A DNA stretch of 64,000 nt from the human T2T-CHM13v2.0 reference genome, Homo sapiens. Below, one piece after another: positions 32,456 to 46,250 of this stretch. The notes under the pieces are model-generated. The model had not been told where the DNA came from, made no database searches, and worked only from the letters and a program-made list of their open reading frames with translations. The stretch lies in the NCBI RefSeq assembly GCF_009914755.1, contig NC_060931.1; one strand, given 5' to 3'. A program made the position numbers and the translations under genes. Position 1 is the stretch's first letter, and the number at the start of each line of letters is the position of its first letter.

Positions 32456-33724
32456 GAAACTGAACTCATTTTTAATTGTTCAGTTATAAATGGATATAGT
32501 TCAGGGCTTTGTTAAAGAAAGCACAAGAACCTTTCTGGAAACAGTAGCAATCAAACTACCTGTTATAGCATCCATATGATTCTGTTTTCCTTTCTACGAA
32601 TAGCGTCAGTGCAGGGGTCCAAGCATTTATGAAATATTCATAGAGAAAAAGAGAAAAGATAGGAAGAGGGACAGAGGGACAGATGGATGGACAGAAGGAT
32701 GGAGGGCCATGGCGATGTCAACCACCAGCCAGCACACGAATAGTGTCCCAACTTGGAAATCCTGCACCCCACGAGCTCTAAACCCAGACAGGGCCAGGTC
32801 CAAAGCCCACACACCAGTCCCTGTGATCAAGACTGAGTGCAGAGGCAGCAGGTGACCAGGTTGCAGAAGAAAGGGCCTCTGCGCTTCCAGCAATCCACGC
32901 CCCTCAGCATAATCCTGGGACTGTAAAAAGGCTCTGAACTAGTTAGATGAAAACTGTAGAGGACTCTGTAAAAAAGACCATGGTAATTATTAGCATCACA
33001 TACACAAAGAAAGGGTTTATTGTCCTTTCTTTTACTTGTTCCTCTCTTTAGATTTATTTGTTTTCCAAGAATCTGCCTGTCGGCTTGCAATCCATGTTTA
33101 AAAACACCACTTCCATTTTTCTTTTATTTGATTTTTGTCCCAAAATATAAAACAGTAAATCTCTTAGAAGAAACAGGAACACTGAAAAACTGGCCAGAGT
33201 TCGCCAGATTTCTAGGACAGCTATCACTCAGGCATGTGCCCTGCAAGTTTGACCAATCAATGTCGGTCCCCAAACAGGACAGGATTCATACACATTTAGG
33301 AGAAAATGTGGGCTCAAGGGCACAAGCTGATCAGGGCAGAAAGCCAGGGGAGTGTGGTTGAGGAAACAGGTGATTATTTAACACTGCAGCACAAACATTT
33401 GTAAATCATGACTGCTCCTTCTCTGGCTAGTTTTATCTCGTGGCTTTCTGGTTGTTGTGGGGCTGGTCAGATTAGTTCTGTTCCCAATCACCCTCAACAG
33501 AATCATGAGGGAAACCCGAGGTCCAAGACCAACTCAAGACAAATGCAGCTGCAGTGGAAGACCTCCTGAGAATGTGTCCAGGTGTGGTAGTGGCACAAAC
33601 AACAGCATCTTCATAAGAATGAGACTCTGTGGCCATGCAGCTGAGATTGACAAACAGGACAGGCGCTTCTGCAGGCTCCATGCAGTGCAGCAACATCTTC
33701 TGCCATGCACTTGTTCTTGCCTGT

Positions 33725-33892
33725 TCTCACATTCACACATATGCATGCTCACACGCATGCACACTCATAGTTACCTCTACCACCCACACCCACACACCTA
33801 CACACTCACGCATACATTTGCCTACACTCACACATATCCTCACACACTCACACTCACTCACACCCTCACACACAGGCATGTGCACTCACGCA
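33725..33892 (+). repeat. Degenerate (CA)-rich simple repeat
   Basis: Direct reading. Confidence 0.85.
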
Positions 33893-35368
33893 AACTATAA
33901 AGATAACCAAAAGCTGATGTTCCTGAAGCCAAGTACATAGGAAGCATTTATTCCGACAGAATTACCATAAAAATTACCAAATAACCAACACTGCATATAC
34001 TGATTCTATTTCTGAAATAATAAATTTGCCTAAATTTTACCAATTCCAGAAAAAAGAAACCAAGGTAACATATTTCTAAGGAGAAATGCCTTCTATAACC
34101 ACATTGGATGAAAAATGCAAATATTCTGGCTCAATTAAAATAAGCTCCAGTCTTGACTTTAAATACCATCAATAAAGGAGGAAATATTTTCACATATATG
34201 TAAATTCATTATTTTAACTCAGACGTAAATATATCTCCCTCAGGATCAATTTAAAACTGAAGTCATTTGCCAGCAGGTTTAAGAGCCAGCTCCTTCCCTA
34301 CCCAGTACAGTCAGCAAAGCACACTCATGAAACCGGGTGAAGAAGTGCAGGTGAGAAGCACAGGCTCTCAGCAGACATGGAGGGACCCAGAGAGAAGTGG
34401 CCAGGCTGCTTGGAAGTATATGCCCTTAGAGTCTAATGTTCTGGACTGCAGTTACCTTCCAAAGGAGATTCTGACTCTCTAGGTGGATGTAAAAACTTGT
34501 AAATCAATCAAGTAAAACCTGTCTTGGAATATAGAAAATATAAGAATAGCAGGTTGACTCATACAAATCAGTGTGCCCAGATAGGCAGTGTCCAGGAACG
34601 AGGAAAACGGGCCAGCTCATTCTTCCTAAAGGCCCATGGAAAAGCAGAGAAATTCAGGGAGGCCAAGAATGGCTATGAAATCTACAAAAAGGAAAGGCAT
34701 TAGTGGCCCACAATGGAGAAACAGCAGGGACAGGAAGTGAAGGTTACCATTAACATATTCAGTCTGTTTGTACCAGGGAGGCTCTGGAATTTATTTTCAA
34801 CACTCCATGCTTGAACTGAAATGCCTCTCAACACTTTGCTTAAACTTTAAAAACACAGAATACAGAAACAGTGGCTCTGTGTTATCTCTGAACACAAATA
34901 AGTAAATTAAATTTTTATAAGCTAACAACAAAACCTGCATCTCAGATACTAACATTACCTTGAGGTTCAGTCATTAACAATTCTTAAAATCCTTTAAAGT
35001 AGACTACTTAAAGTTGGGGTTGGAGGAGACTGCTGTCCTGTCACTAATTTTGACAAGACAACTTTTGTGTCTTTTGTACTAATTATTCCGAGTAGTGTAG
35101 ATGATCCATATGCAACACAAAGCATTTTGAACTCTTGCCAGACTAGTCAAGATGATTTCCAAAATGCCAAAACAGGAACTTCTGATAATAAATAACCTAT
35201 CACATTTACATCTCAAATTAGAAAGTTTGGAAGTCAACGTGTAGGTTGAGTGCCAAAATAGAGATTACTACATTCCATGTCCCCCCGCCGTCCCCCCGCC
35301 CCTGCTCCATTTGCTTTCTTTAGCGTCTCCTAGAACAAACACTGGTCCAGGTGCAAACGCTCAATTCA

Positions 35369-35599
<231 letters not shown>

Positions 35600-37615
35600 C
35601 TAAAGAAAACAACAGAGCCATCAACTTTCCAAAATGGTGGAAAAAAAAAAAAAACTTTCAAAAGTCCACTTCACCTGTCATCTGAGAAAAGCCTAGAGCT
35701 TTAGGAAATTCAAAATGTGGATGACACTTCTCCACAGGTTTTCTGGCAAAAAAAAAAGTCTCAAAATTTAACAAACCAGTGAAACTCTACACAAGCAAAA
35801 AAGAGAACCGAGGGAAATGCCCATAACATGGTACTTTTCCCAAATCCCTACTGAGCGTTTGGTATCAAACGGTATAAAAATCTCAATTTGCAACTGTGTC
35901 TATCATGTGAAACAAGTGTCACATTACTTTTTAAAGCCACGTCTGCAAATGTCTCTTCAGGTGGCCAACTTTACAGGAAGGGGCATTTGAACAAATTCCA
36001 AAGGGAGGGAAGGTTTTTAATTATTAATTAGATGTTTTAAAGAGAGTCCGACAATTTCTAACATCGAAGGCCTACTCCAAATTCTGAATCAGAGGATAAT
36101 TCAGGCCAAGTAGTCAGTGATTTTTGCCTCTTTCATAAAGATATCTGAATTGCAATATACCTCTTAATCCTAATTCATTCTGGTAAGCTATACTCTTTAA
36201 CCTCTTTAAAGCATGAGAATATTTCAGTTCATTTAAGTTACACTTTTAAGACAAAGGTAATAGAACAACACGCTCTTGATTCCACATGGAAAAGTTGAAA
36301 GGTGCCTTAGCAAAGACTGGGCTCACTTAGGAAATATCAAAACTCAGCTAAAGGCAGGTTCAGTAGGTCTGTCTTTCACTGGCTTCATTCATGTGATAAT
36401 CGCCCTAACTCATCATTCATCAATTTTCACTCTGGTTCATGTTCCTTTTTGCAGTCATGTTCTACACCTACAAAGAATACAAGAAAAGAGGAAAAGTACC
36501 CTCTCTAGCATGTTTTCTTCAAGTTATCTAGATTGCAACATTCATGGAAAGCATTTCTTAGGTCTGGCCATCTTGCTTATTTTTCTACATTTAGTAAATG
36601 TCGACATCCTCAATCACAGCAGTGGTTAGTGAAATGAAATAAGCAACTGCTTGACCAACTAAAAGTTAAAATACAAGATAAAATATTTTCAGTCTACTTT
36701 AACACATATTTGCAAGGGAACTGCAAGCTCTTCATTGTATAATAAATTCCTCCTTGATCTGGAATTCAAGTAACTAGAATGCTTAAGAACCAGAGGCCAC
36801 ATGGCACACTGTAGCACCGGCTCTTCCACTCACTTCCATCTCTTTTCTGAGATTATCCAGTGTCATTCATTGTAAAACACACAAGTTATTTAAGAACAGC
36901 TTTTGTAGAATAAAAAAGAAAAAAGAAGCACTAAGTTAAATTTACATATCAATTGTAAGATCCACTCCAAATTCAGAGACACCCCTCAAAGGGCACTGAC
37001 AAAGTATTATACAACAGAAAAGGGGGCTTGAGATTTCCCTTCCGAGTGCAGCCACCGTGCGTGAGTCCCAAGGGCAGGGCTACCTGCATGGCGCCCCCTG
37101 GGGCTAGCTGGCCAGTGCACAACCGCCAACAACCTGTTGCTGAGCCTCAGTGATCTCATCTGTCAAATGACAGAATCGGGCAGTGAGATCTGACCTTTAC
37201 TTTGGGCGGGAGGAAGTAACATCTTAAGAAGGTGTTAAAAGTTAAAGAGCTTCTCCCCAGAAAATACCCTTAAACTTAAAAGTATACATTTAATTTCCAA
37301 GGGATCACAGACCTTCCAAGCTTTTCCAAGAATCTGGACAGAGAACCCTTAAAGGAGAAATCTTTGATGGTCCCTTCTAGCTCTAACAATCTCAGAATAA
37401 TTACTTTTTGTAATGGTCCTTGAAAATTGATTTAAATATCATCTTTAAAGTATGCCACAAGAATAATCCAATACAATTGGCATCATTGTTTCTCACTTGG
37501 TACAAGAACCATTTGTATCAGTGTTTCTACAGTGCTTGCTAAGCATTCAGATTCCTGCAATGCATTTGCCTTGGAGGATGGCACCCGGAACCTCAATGTT
37601 AGCAAGCGTTACTAA

Positions 37616-37951
<336 letters not shown>

Positions 37952-37959
37952 TTGAACAA

Positions 37960-38250
37960 CTGTTCTACACGTTTATTTTTGCTCACTGCTGTATACCCAG
38001 TGCAGTATATACTCATTGAAGTCTTTGCTGACCTGATGAACTAATGAATGAACTGCACTCTAGAATCCTGAATTCTAACACCCTACACAAACCTATCCTA
38101 GCACCCATCACAATGATAAACTCTCCTTCATCTGGAAAAGTCTGTGCTGAACATCCACCTCCCCTTTCCAGGCTGTATGCTCCATGAGGACAAGGCTTCT
38201 ACTTTCCCAGCACTTAGTTCACGTAAGAATGTTTACTGAGTACATAAATG
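37960..38250 (+). mobile_element. L2 3' end fragments
   Basis: gctcactgctgtatacccagtg...tgaatgaa and ctccatgaggacaagg...cccagcacttag. Confidence 0.55.
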
Positions 38251-40069
38251 ATCGCATCAATGACCCTGTGACTTACAGGACTCTGCAGCGTCTTGAATTT
38301 CAATCACCACTGGTTTAGCTACATACATTTTCTTTTCATATTCAGTGTTTCGTTGAAAACTGGCAAATTCTATAAAAACTAAAAACTTTAGCAGAAATAT
38401 TTAATTGATCCAAACACTCCATTCTTAGCCATTGGGATAAGCAAGAATTTACTATGCTATAATTGTTCCCTTCGACACACACATAACAGTTTTATTGGCT
38501 GTATTTGAGTAGAGTCTACAACGTTAAAACTGCACACTGAAACATGCAAATGCACCAGAAAAAAACCCATTCAGAGATGGGATTCCTAGTAAGAACTAAG
38601 TATCTTCCTTAGCAGAGGGTGCTAATTAATAGGAATCAGGAGACAAGTTCCCAAAATTCCTTGACAAACCTGGTTTTTGTGGAGTTGTTGGTTTTTCCCC
38701 CAAGGCAAAGGACTTTATTTTAACAAAGCAATAAAACCCTCCCAATGCTCATCACCATAGAGAGAGGCTCAAGTGAGAAGAGGTAAAGCTCCAGGCACTG
38801 ACTGAAATCACACTAATTAATGGTCTTAAAGAATACTAATTCCTACCCCCGTCTGAAATGGATTTTTTTAAAAATAGGCCCTTGGTCACTCAACAATCTA
38901 CCCCCTTCTATTTTGACAACTTATTTTTGGATCTCATTAGTTAGTACCTAATTATTTAAAAGTGTGGTTTATGCTTGGAACTGGGCTATAAAGATGGCAA
39001 TGTGCCAAATCAGACATCTGCTTCCTGTACACTCCTATAAATTATATCAGCTTATTTTACAACTTTGTCCCTGTCAGTTATAAAGAAGAAAGTTTAACAT
39101 TCTAGACGCCCACACCTCATCAAACTGTGGGTGAAGAGTCAGTGAGCGGCAAAAGGTGGCCGCTTTGAGTTGTGGTGATGGAATTTTCAGGGAATAGTCA
39201 GGAGCTTGGAAAGTCACTCCTGAGCTGGTCCATTCAAGCATTCGGGATAGAAGTGGTCAGTAGAAATTCCTCATGGAATCTCAAAACACCACTAGGACAG
39301 TAGCTCCACGACACTTTTAAAACCTGGAGTTTAAAAAATAATGAAGTATAATTTATTTAGAACTTAAGCATCAAGGGAAAACGTTAAGTTCTGCTTCACT
39401 TCAAAGACTTTTCCCTGAGGAAAACATGCCACTGTTTTTCAGATGTGAATGAAATGATACTTTTTCCCCCGACATAGTTTCCTTGCTTACGACTCCACAC
39501 TGTTCTCCTTCAATCCCTTTCACCACTGAAACATTACATGCAAGATTTGCTGGCATGCCCCTTGACTTTTCATGCTTAAGGGGAAAAATGTTTGTAGCTG
39601 ATGTTTGAGTCCCAGGAGCTCGGTGAAGAAAAAAAAAAAAAGCAACGCAAGGAAAATTGCTCTAATGGTATATCCTTCCTAAAGCTTGAAGTTTCATAGG
39701 TAAAAGGAGGGATAAACATTCCTTCCTGAAAGCAAACAGTCAAGGCTTTTTCCCACTCAACTATCCCTGAACCTTTTGTAATTTCCCCGAGGCCTAAACC
39801 CAGGGCACAATTAATTCCAGACCCTATTTTAAATCTAATCCGTCTCCTATTTGCAACCTGCCTGCAGGTGGGTCTTTTCTTTCTAAATTATAAATCTGAA
39901 CCTGCGTCAACCTCTTACAACACAAGGCATTTAAAGCTTCCTGGAGCCACTGACCTGGTGACGCTGTAGTGCACGTCTGCATTTGAAAGTAAGCAAGAGA
40001 ACAGAAAGCGAGCAAGAGAACCGCAACCTTTACCACCTTGGCGAATTCTTGCCGGGACCTACATATTAA

Positions 40070-40900
40070 ACAGCACTTGCACACAGACGCCTCAAGTCGT
40101 CCTCTTTAGAGTCGTCACTTAGACCTGCAAGGGGCGGGGGACCAGTGGAAACCCAAACAGAAACTTTCACCATTACAAAGGCGAGTCCCCATTGATTATG
40201 GTAATTGTTTTGCTCAGGTTGTACGGGTATGGCCAATTTTGTTTGAAAGCTCGCTCTTTCTCTGCGCTTTCCTGTCGAGTTCCCTTCAGGTTCTGGTTTC
40301 CTCCGACGGTGGCAAGGGATGTTTTTCACGCCTTTCACCACTTTTGCCCGCGCCTGCGTCCCCTGCCCGAGGTCCCAGGCCGCGGCGGCGGCGCGGTGGG
40401 TTCATTAGCGGGCGCGCCGGGCCCGCGCAGCGCTGTCTGCAGCCGCGTCGCCGCATCCATCATCATTACATCAGCGCGGGGAAGTCCACGCCGAGTTCTC
40501 CCGGCCCCGGCGCGCCCCAGTCAGCGCGCCAGCAAACAGAACATGCTGGATTGCTCAGAGACGGCTCTGGGTGTCTGGGGGCAGAAGGGGTGCTCCCAGG
40601 CCCGGCTTTGATCCGCATTTCTGAAGCTGGCTTTGGGAGACAATGCATCTCCGCCAGCCAGGCCGCGGGAAAAGTGAAAAAAGGGCTGGGGGCCATGTGG
40701 GGGTGGGGAGGTGAGCTCCAGCGCCAGCAGCGCCTGGCAGTCTCCCTCCAGTGCAGAGAAGCGGTCTGTATCAAGGCGTATCAGAGTGGTCACCCTGCTC
40801 CTCGGAATATTCACGGGCATTTGCAAACTCTACAGTTGGCCCAGCCAAATTTCCAGCAAACACTGGCAAGGGCCGGCCCTGGTTGCGTTCAGAGGGCTCT
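40070..40900. promoter_or_regulatory. Intron 1 CpG island, candidate alternative promoter
   Basis: CpG-dense core at 40340-40560, GGGGCGGGG box at 40131-40139, CCAAT near 40233. Confidence 0.75.
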
Positions 40901-42402
40901 TTTAACTGGCTGAATTCAGGGAGCTGCAACCTTCCAGGTACTTTGCAATGCAACCACCCTGAGTGTCGCATTATAATAAAACATTGGGGATCCCTTGAAA
41001 AGCCTTCACAAAACCAATAGGTGTGTGCTTCGCTCACAAAACGTCGAATTCACCTTCTATGAACCTGGCCCCCAATGTGTTTTTCTTCATTAGCTGCCAT
41101 ACATAGATTCAAGTGCTGTGAATGGCTAAGACAGACACATCGCCTCATTGTCTTGAGCTCAGGGAGGCCCTGAGTGGAGTCCCAATGTTCAACCTCAACA
41201 ACCAGAGGCTTTCTGTAGTAAATAGAAAATATGAAAAGTCACAAGTGTGGGAACGTGAGAAAAAATTAGCTTTTCTCCTTTCAAGTCTCTGCAGTGAAAC
41301 CTCTAACCCCCATGGGAGCAGGATTCCTTTATCGTTTAAACACTAAAATGTTTAAAAATAAAGCACCCATGCCAAAGCCAACGTTTAAAATGATGTTTGA
41401 AGTGAATAAAACAACTTTCTAATGTAGGGTGAAGTCGAACAGCATCCTTCAATCATGATAGTGCATCCTCCCTGAACAGCAGACTACTTCATTTATTTCC
41501 CTAAGCCAGTTGGTTTAAGTTGCCTAAACTTGGGCAAAAACTCTCTTCTCTTTTTTTTCTTAGTGTATTTCAAGATTTAAAACAACTAAGTTAAAAGCCT
41601 ATTTAATGATAACCCGATCTGTTTCTGATAGGTTAAAACAGCTACTGGCAATAAGAGATCAGAAACAGAAGACATTCCAGGCGAGGCAGTGCTATTAACA
41701 GCACCATGGCTCAGCCTTAAGTGAGAAATTATTCCGTGTAGTTTAGGGAACTATTACTCCAGTGGAAGAAGGTTTTCCTCCAGAGAAATAACATTTATTT
41801 ACACCTGCCTGTATTTTCATAAGCTGAATAATCTTGATTTGCTGTTTTAAATATCCAGAAGAAAGCAGCTTGTCATAAGGATTTTTGAGGCAACCTACCC
41901 TGTAGCACTGAAGAGTGACATTGCTCTCATACTTATATTACTAGTAGATCAACTGCTACTTCAAGATGCTACTCCCGGATTAACCATCCAGGTAAAACTA
42001 CTATTAAAGATATGTACCTCCCTGTAGCTATTTAATAACCCATTTCTCAAAAATAAATAAATCCTTTAGAAAGAGAATTTTTTTTTCAGAATCAAGAAGT
42101 ACAAACTAATGTTGATTTGAACTTTTTGATCAATTCTGGAAGTGAGAAATAGTCTGAGTTTCAATGAGCAAAATGCAGGGAATTTTAAACATTTCATTGG
42201 ATTTCATGTATTCATGCACCACAGAAAACCTCTTATAGGTTTTTAATGTGGTTGATGTTTCCTTGTGTTCAAAATATCTTCTGAGGGCAAAATCAATTAG
42301 ATATGCATAACCTTTGTGACACTCTAGCAGTTCCCAGGATTCCTAAGGCTTCATTTCCTCTCCCTTCCCTGTCTGTGTTGCCTTTTTCTGCAAGGGTTGG
42401 GC

Positions 42403-42417
42403 GGGGGGGGGGGGGGG
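42403..42417 (+). repeat. Poly(G)15
   Basis: Direct reading. Confidence 0.9.
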
Positions 42418-45329
42418 TGGAAAGCCCAACTTCATAAGTTCTTAATGAAATCTTCATTAATTTTTAACCATTTTTTCATGTATAATTATTTTACCTGTAT
42501 ATATGATTATTTTTCCATAATCAGGAAAGCCTAGAATCTTAACTCCAAATAGGAAAGCTTCTATCTGTCCGCTTTGCCATTTGGTAGCTCAGGGTTCCCC
42601 AAATCCACTGCCTAGTGTCTTCAATCTTTCTTTCCTACATTTCTGATGCTCCTAATCACAGATAAGCAGTATTCATGACAGACATACCCAAATGGAATTA
42701 CTCCAAGGGGAACTAAATTACTCTAAGGGGAAATAATTGCCTGGCTATGGATTAAGTGAATTTGGTTTTGGTAAATTAACACTATCTAAACTTTTAAGAA
42801 ATCCATATATTTAACTTCAACCACTGAAAAGCTTATTTGACATGAAAGTAATCATTGCTACTGCAGTTAAAATCACAAACAACATTTCTGTGAGCCAGTT
42901 TTACTTTTCTGCCATTTGTATTTAAAAGAAAAGATCATCAGCTACTCTTCCCCTGTTGCCAGAAGTACTTGATGAGAAACATTTGAGGGGAGTATGAGGT
43001 CTCCATCTAATACTTGTTACCATTTCTCAGTTCTGTAAAACTATGAGTCCCACGTGCCTTGGTTAGGCACTGCAGGAAGCAGCATGCATAGCAGGTGCCA
43101 TTAAAAAATGAGCAATAATGTGCAGCACACTGGCACCCCCACTTTCTACGGGGTTAGCTGGATACAGGCAATCCTTCTCAGACAGAGAAGGAGATCTGGA
43201 AGTCAGTTATCAGTCTATAGATCAGCTAAGCTCATGAAAACTGTATTCCTCTTAAATCCACATATATCACAAAAATATCATGACTGATCAGATGTGTCCC
43301 TTGTCTCGCTTCCCTGAGGCTTATAGGAATTAAAAGTTTTCACACATTTTCAGAAGAAAAAACTTTAATTATTCTTATAGAACTTGTGTAGCTTTGGTTT
43401 CTTAGAATCATGTGTGTCTTTACAGTAAGGCTTAAGGGAGTATAAGGGAGTAGAGTGTATGTTCCATGAATAGTAATTTACTTTTAAACCATCACAAATA
43501 TTAGACCAATAACCTGTTGCATGTTAAAATCATCTACAGCTATCCCAAAGGTATTTAACATTTTTTTGTGAAGTACTACTTACCATATTTTATCCTCCCA
43601 ACTTTTAAACTTTTGATCCTTGATTCTTAATTGCAGATTTAAAAGCAATACTTTCAGAATTTAAGCATTTATAATTAAGGATTATCCAGTAAAAATTACC
43701 CCATGGTCCACTTACCCTATAAACTTTGCTTGTTCACAGACAGAATTCTTTAGCTGTCTTATTTTTCTGCCTTGCATGTACAAAACTGCCAGTGTAACCT
43801 ACACCAAACTACACACCCTCTCAATGAAACTCTCTGATATGGAATTTCATTGTAGTATCCACAGTTCAAACAGCAGACACTGTCCTGAAGTGGCATGGCC
43901 TGCTCCACACGTCTGGCCACTGGATTCCAGGTTTCCATACATCAGAGTCATTAAGGCTTCAATCTTAAGCTGCTGGATGAAATTTCTCTACACACTGCTA
44001 ACTTTCTTCAGACTGAATCATTCTTTTTAAAAATATCACAAAATGAAATCAATAATAGGGCTTAACTATCTCAGTCCTTCATTACTGCAATTTGAAACTT
44101 ATCTTTCATCTAAATGGTGAGTTTTCAGTCTCTCTTTGTACAAATCAATAGTTTGTAATGTAAAGCACTCTGGAGCCTTCCTAGGCATTTCATGCAATCT
44201 TCAAAAAAAAAAAAAAGTTAAAGTAGCAAAAGTTAAAAATTTCCACATGAAAATAAGCAATATAATGTCACACTACCTTCTGAAGTTACTCCAATAAAGA
44301 TTTAAGTAAAAGTGCACTTATCCCCCATTACTTAATTAATTTAATTTTGTGGCATAAGAATTATAGAAGTACACAATCAAATGCTTGTGGTCAAAATGTA
44401 CTCCTGTGCCACCCTCCCCCACCACCTAGCCCCCTCCCCTCTTAAAAAAGAAAAGAAAAGCCCCTCTAGCTGTTTCAGGCCAGCAGTCAATCCAATTTAC
44501 TGCAGGTACAATTTATATGTACAGTGCATGCCACAACAAAACCACAGTATGATGCCAACACGGCCCTTAAGAAAGTTTTCCCCTAAATCTCTGGAAAGGA
44601 GCTTTAAAAGAAAGCAAGGATTACAGTCAGCTAGAAGGTAGGGAGGGGACTTACCTCAAACCCAGTCAAGCGGAAATCAGAGCAGTAATTCTACAAGTCG
44701 ACAGAGTACACTTTCAAAGCTATAATGGTGTGAAGAAGTGCTGGGCAGCATGGCCTGAAGGCAGCACTAATACACTGATGACTAATGGCTGGGCCCGGGC
44801 AGACAATGAATTTGGGGCTTGAACACTAACAGAAACCATGCAGTACTTTGACAAATGGGCTTTCACAATTTCATTCATTGAATAACCTTTAAGCACAAAA
44901 CTGGCTAGCGTTCTCTTGGGAATTATATGACATGTTGTTGGACAATGATGTAAGTATTTTCTTTTTTAATTATGACTCCTATGCAAAATGCAGAAGTGCC
45001 ATATATGAGAGTACAACTATAGATACCACAGATGCAGATGTGGAGCTCAACACAATATTGCCTTTCAGGAGGGGGCTGAAATGTTCCAAAGCCACCTTAT
45101 TAACTATGTAATGGCTTTTTCATTCAGCTTCTTTAGAAGGCCATAGATTTTCTGAGACATTTTGTCGGGTTGAAATATATACACACAGAACAAAAAACAC
45201 TTTCACATTTAAAAAAACCAAAAGACACTCACAGAGGTAATGAGTAGTGAAGAAATTTGGCACTCAAATATAGCGCATTTAGAATTACAAGTGGAAAAAG
45301 TCTCTCATTTTCAGGGGCCAGGCAAAAGA

Positions 45330-46250
45330 AAAGTGCCATAAAACAATTGAGACACCATGTAAAGTTTGCGATCAAATGTACTTCCAAACACATTTAACAT
45401 TCAATTTCTTTCAAACAGCTCTCCTCCCTCTCCCTGGAGTGACTGGCCTTTCAATTTAAAAATAATAATTATGGCAATTTTTAAAAAAGAGAATGAAATA
45501 TCTAAAGTGGCTCTAAATTAACAAGTACCACTTACTCCAGACAGCATTGCCTTTAGCAGCTCCTAAAAACTTAAGAAAAGGATCTTAAAACAGGAAGCTT
45601 AGTGAGCTCATAAAACTGTTGCTGGAGCCAGGAACACATAGCATATTTAATCTGCAAACTGTGAGAGTCTACAGTGATTTCAGCAAGATCTGAGGCATGC
45701 CCTCAAGGTTTGCTGGGATCTGGGATTAGGGGGTTGATAAGAACCTCCACTGCCCATGGACATGTTTTTCTTCTGCAGTTAAACACAAATGCATAGAGAC
45801 GTTTGACTGCTGCTTGGCGTTACTGCTCAAGTTATATAAAAGCTTTGCAGCTCCTTTTGCTGTCAATATATCAAAGTTTAAAAAAAATCATCAAAGTGTG
45901 AAATTTCATTTAAAGTCTTCGCCAGTCTACAGCTCTATTTCACAGGCCCATCAAATAAAAGTAAAGATGAAAAATACACTGAAAATACTTGAAAAAGTTT
46001 GCAGCAGTACCCCCTGCCCTGTTGTTGTTTATTCTGTCTCCCTTTATTTGCTTTGAAACCAGAAACAGATCAATTTTCATCTAGAAAAATGACAACGTGA
46101 AGAGAAGGGCAGTATCTTCTCCTAGGCTTTAATGAAAAGACAACCTGAAGTCATTATTAGAGTGGAACCTTTTGTTTAACAAACGTGTGTGTATGTGTGT
46201 GTGTGTCCTATAAAGTCATTTCAGCATTTTAATTGCCTCTCATGATATAA
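45330..46250. promoter_or_regulatory. Candidate enhancer in intron 1 with a TCF/LEF site cluster
   Basis: ATCAAAG at 45870-45876 and 45890-45896, CTTTGAA at 46051-46057, CTGTCA at 45860-45865, GCCATAAAA at 45335-45343. Repeat-free. Confidence 0.5.

Noticed and set aside
40192-40913. 139-aa and 224-aa ORFs in the intron 1 island
   Set aside because: GC-composition artefacts with no domain signature or supporting splice structure.
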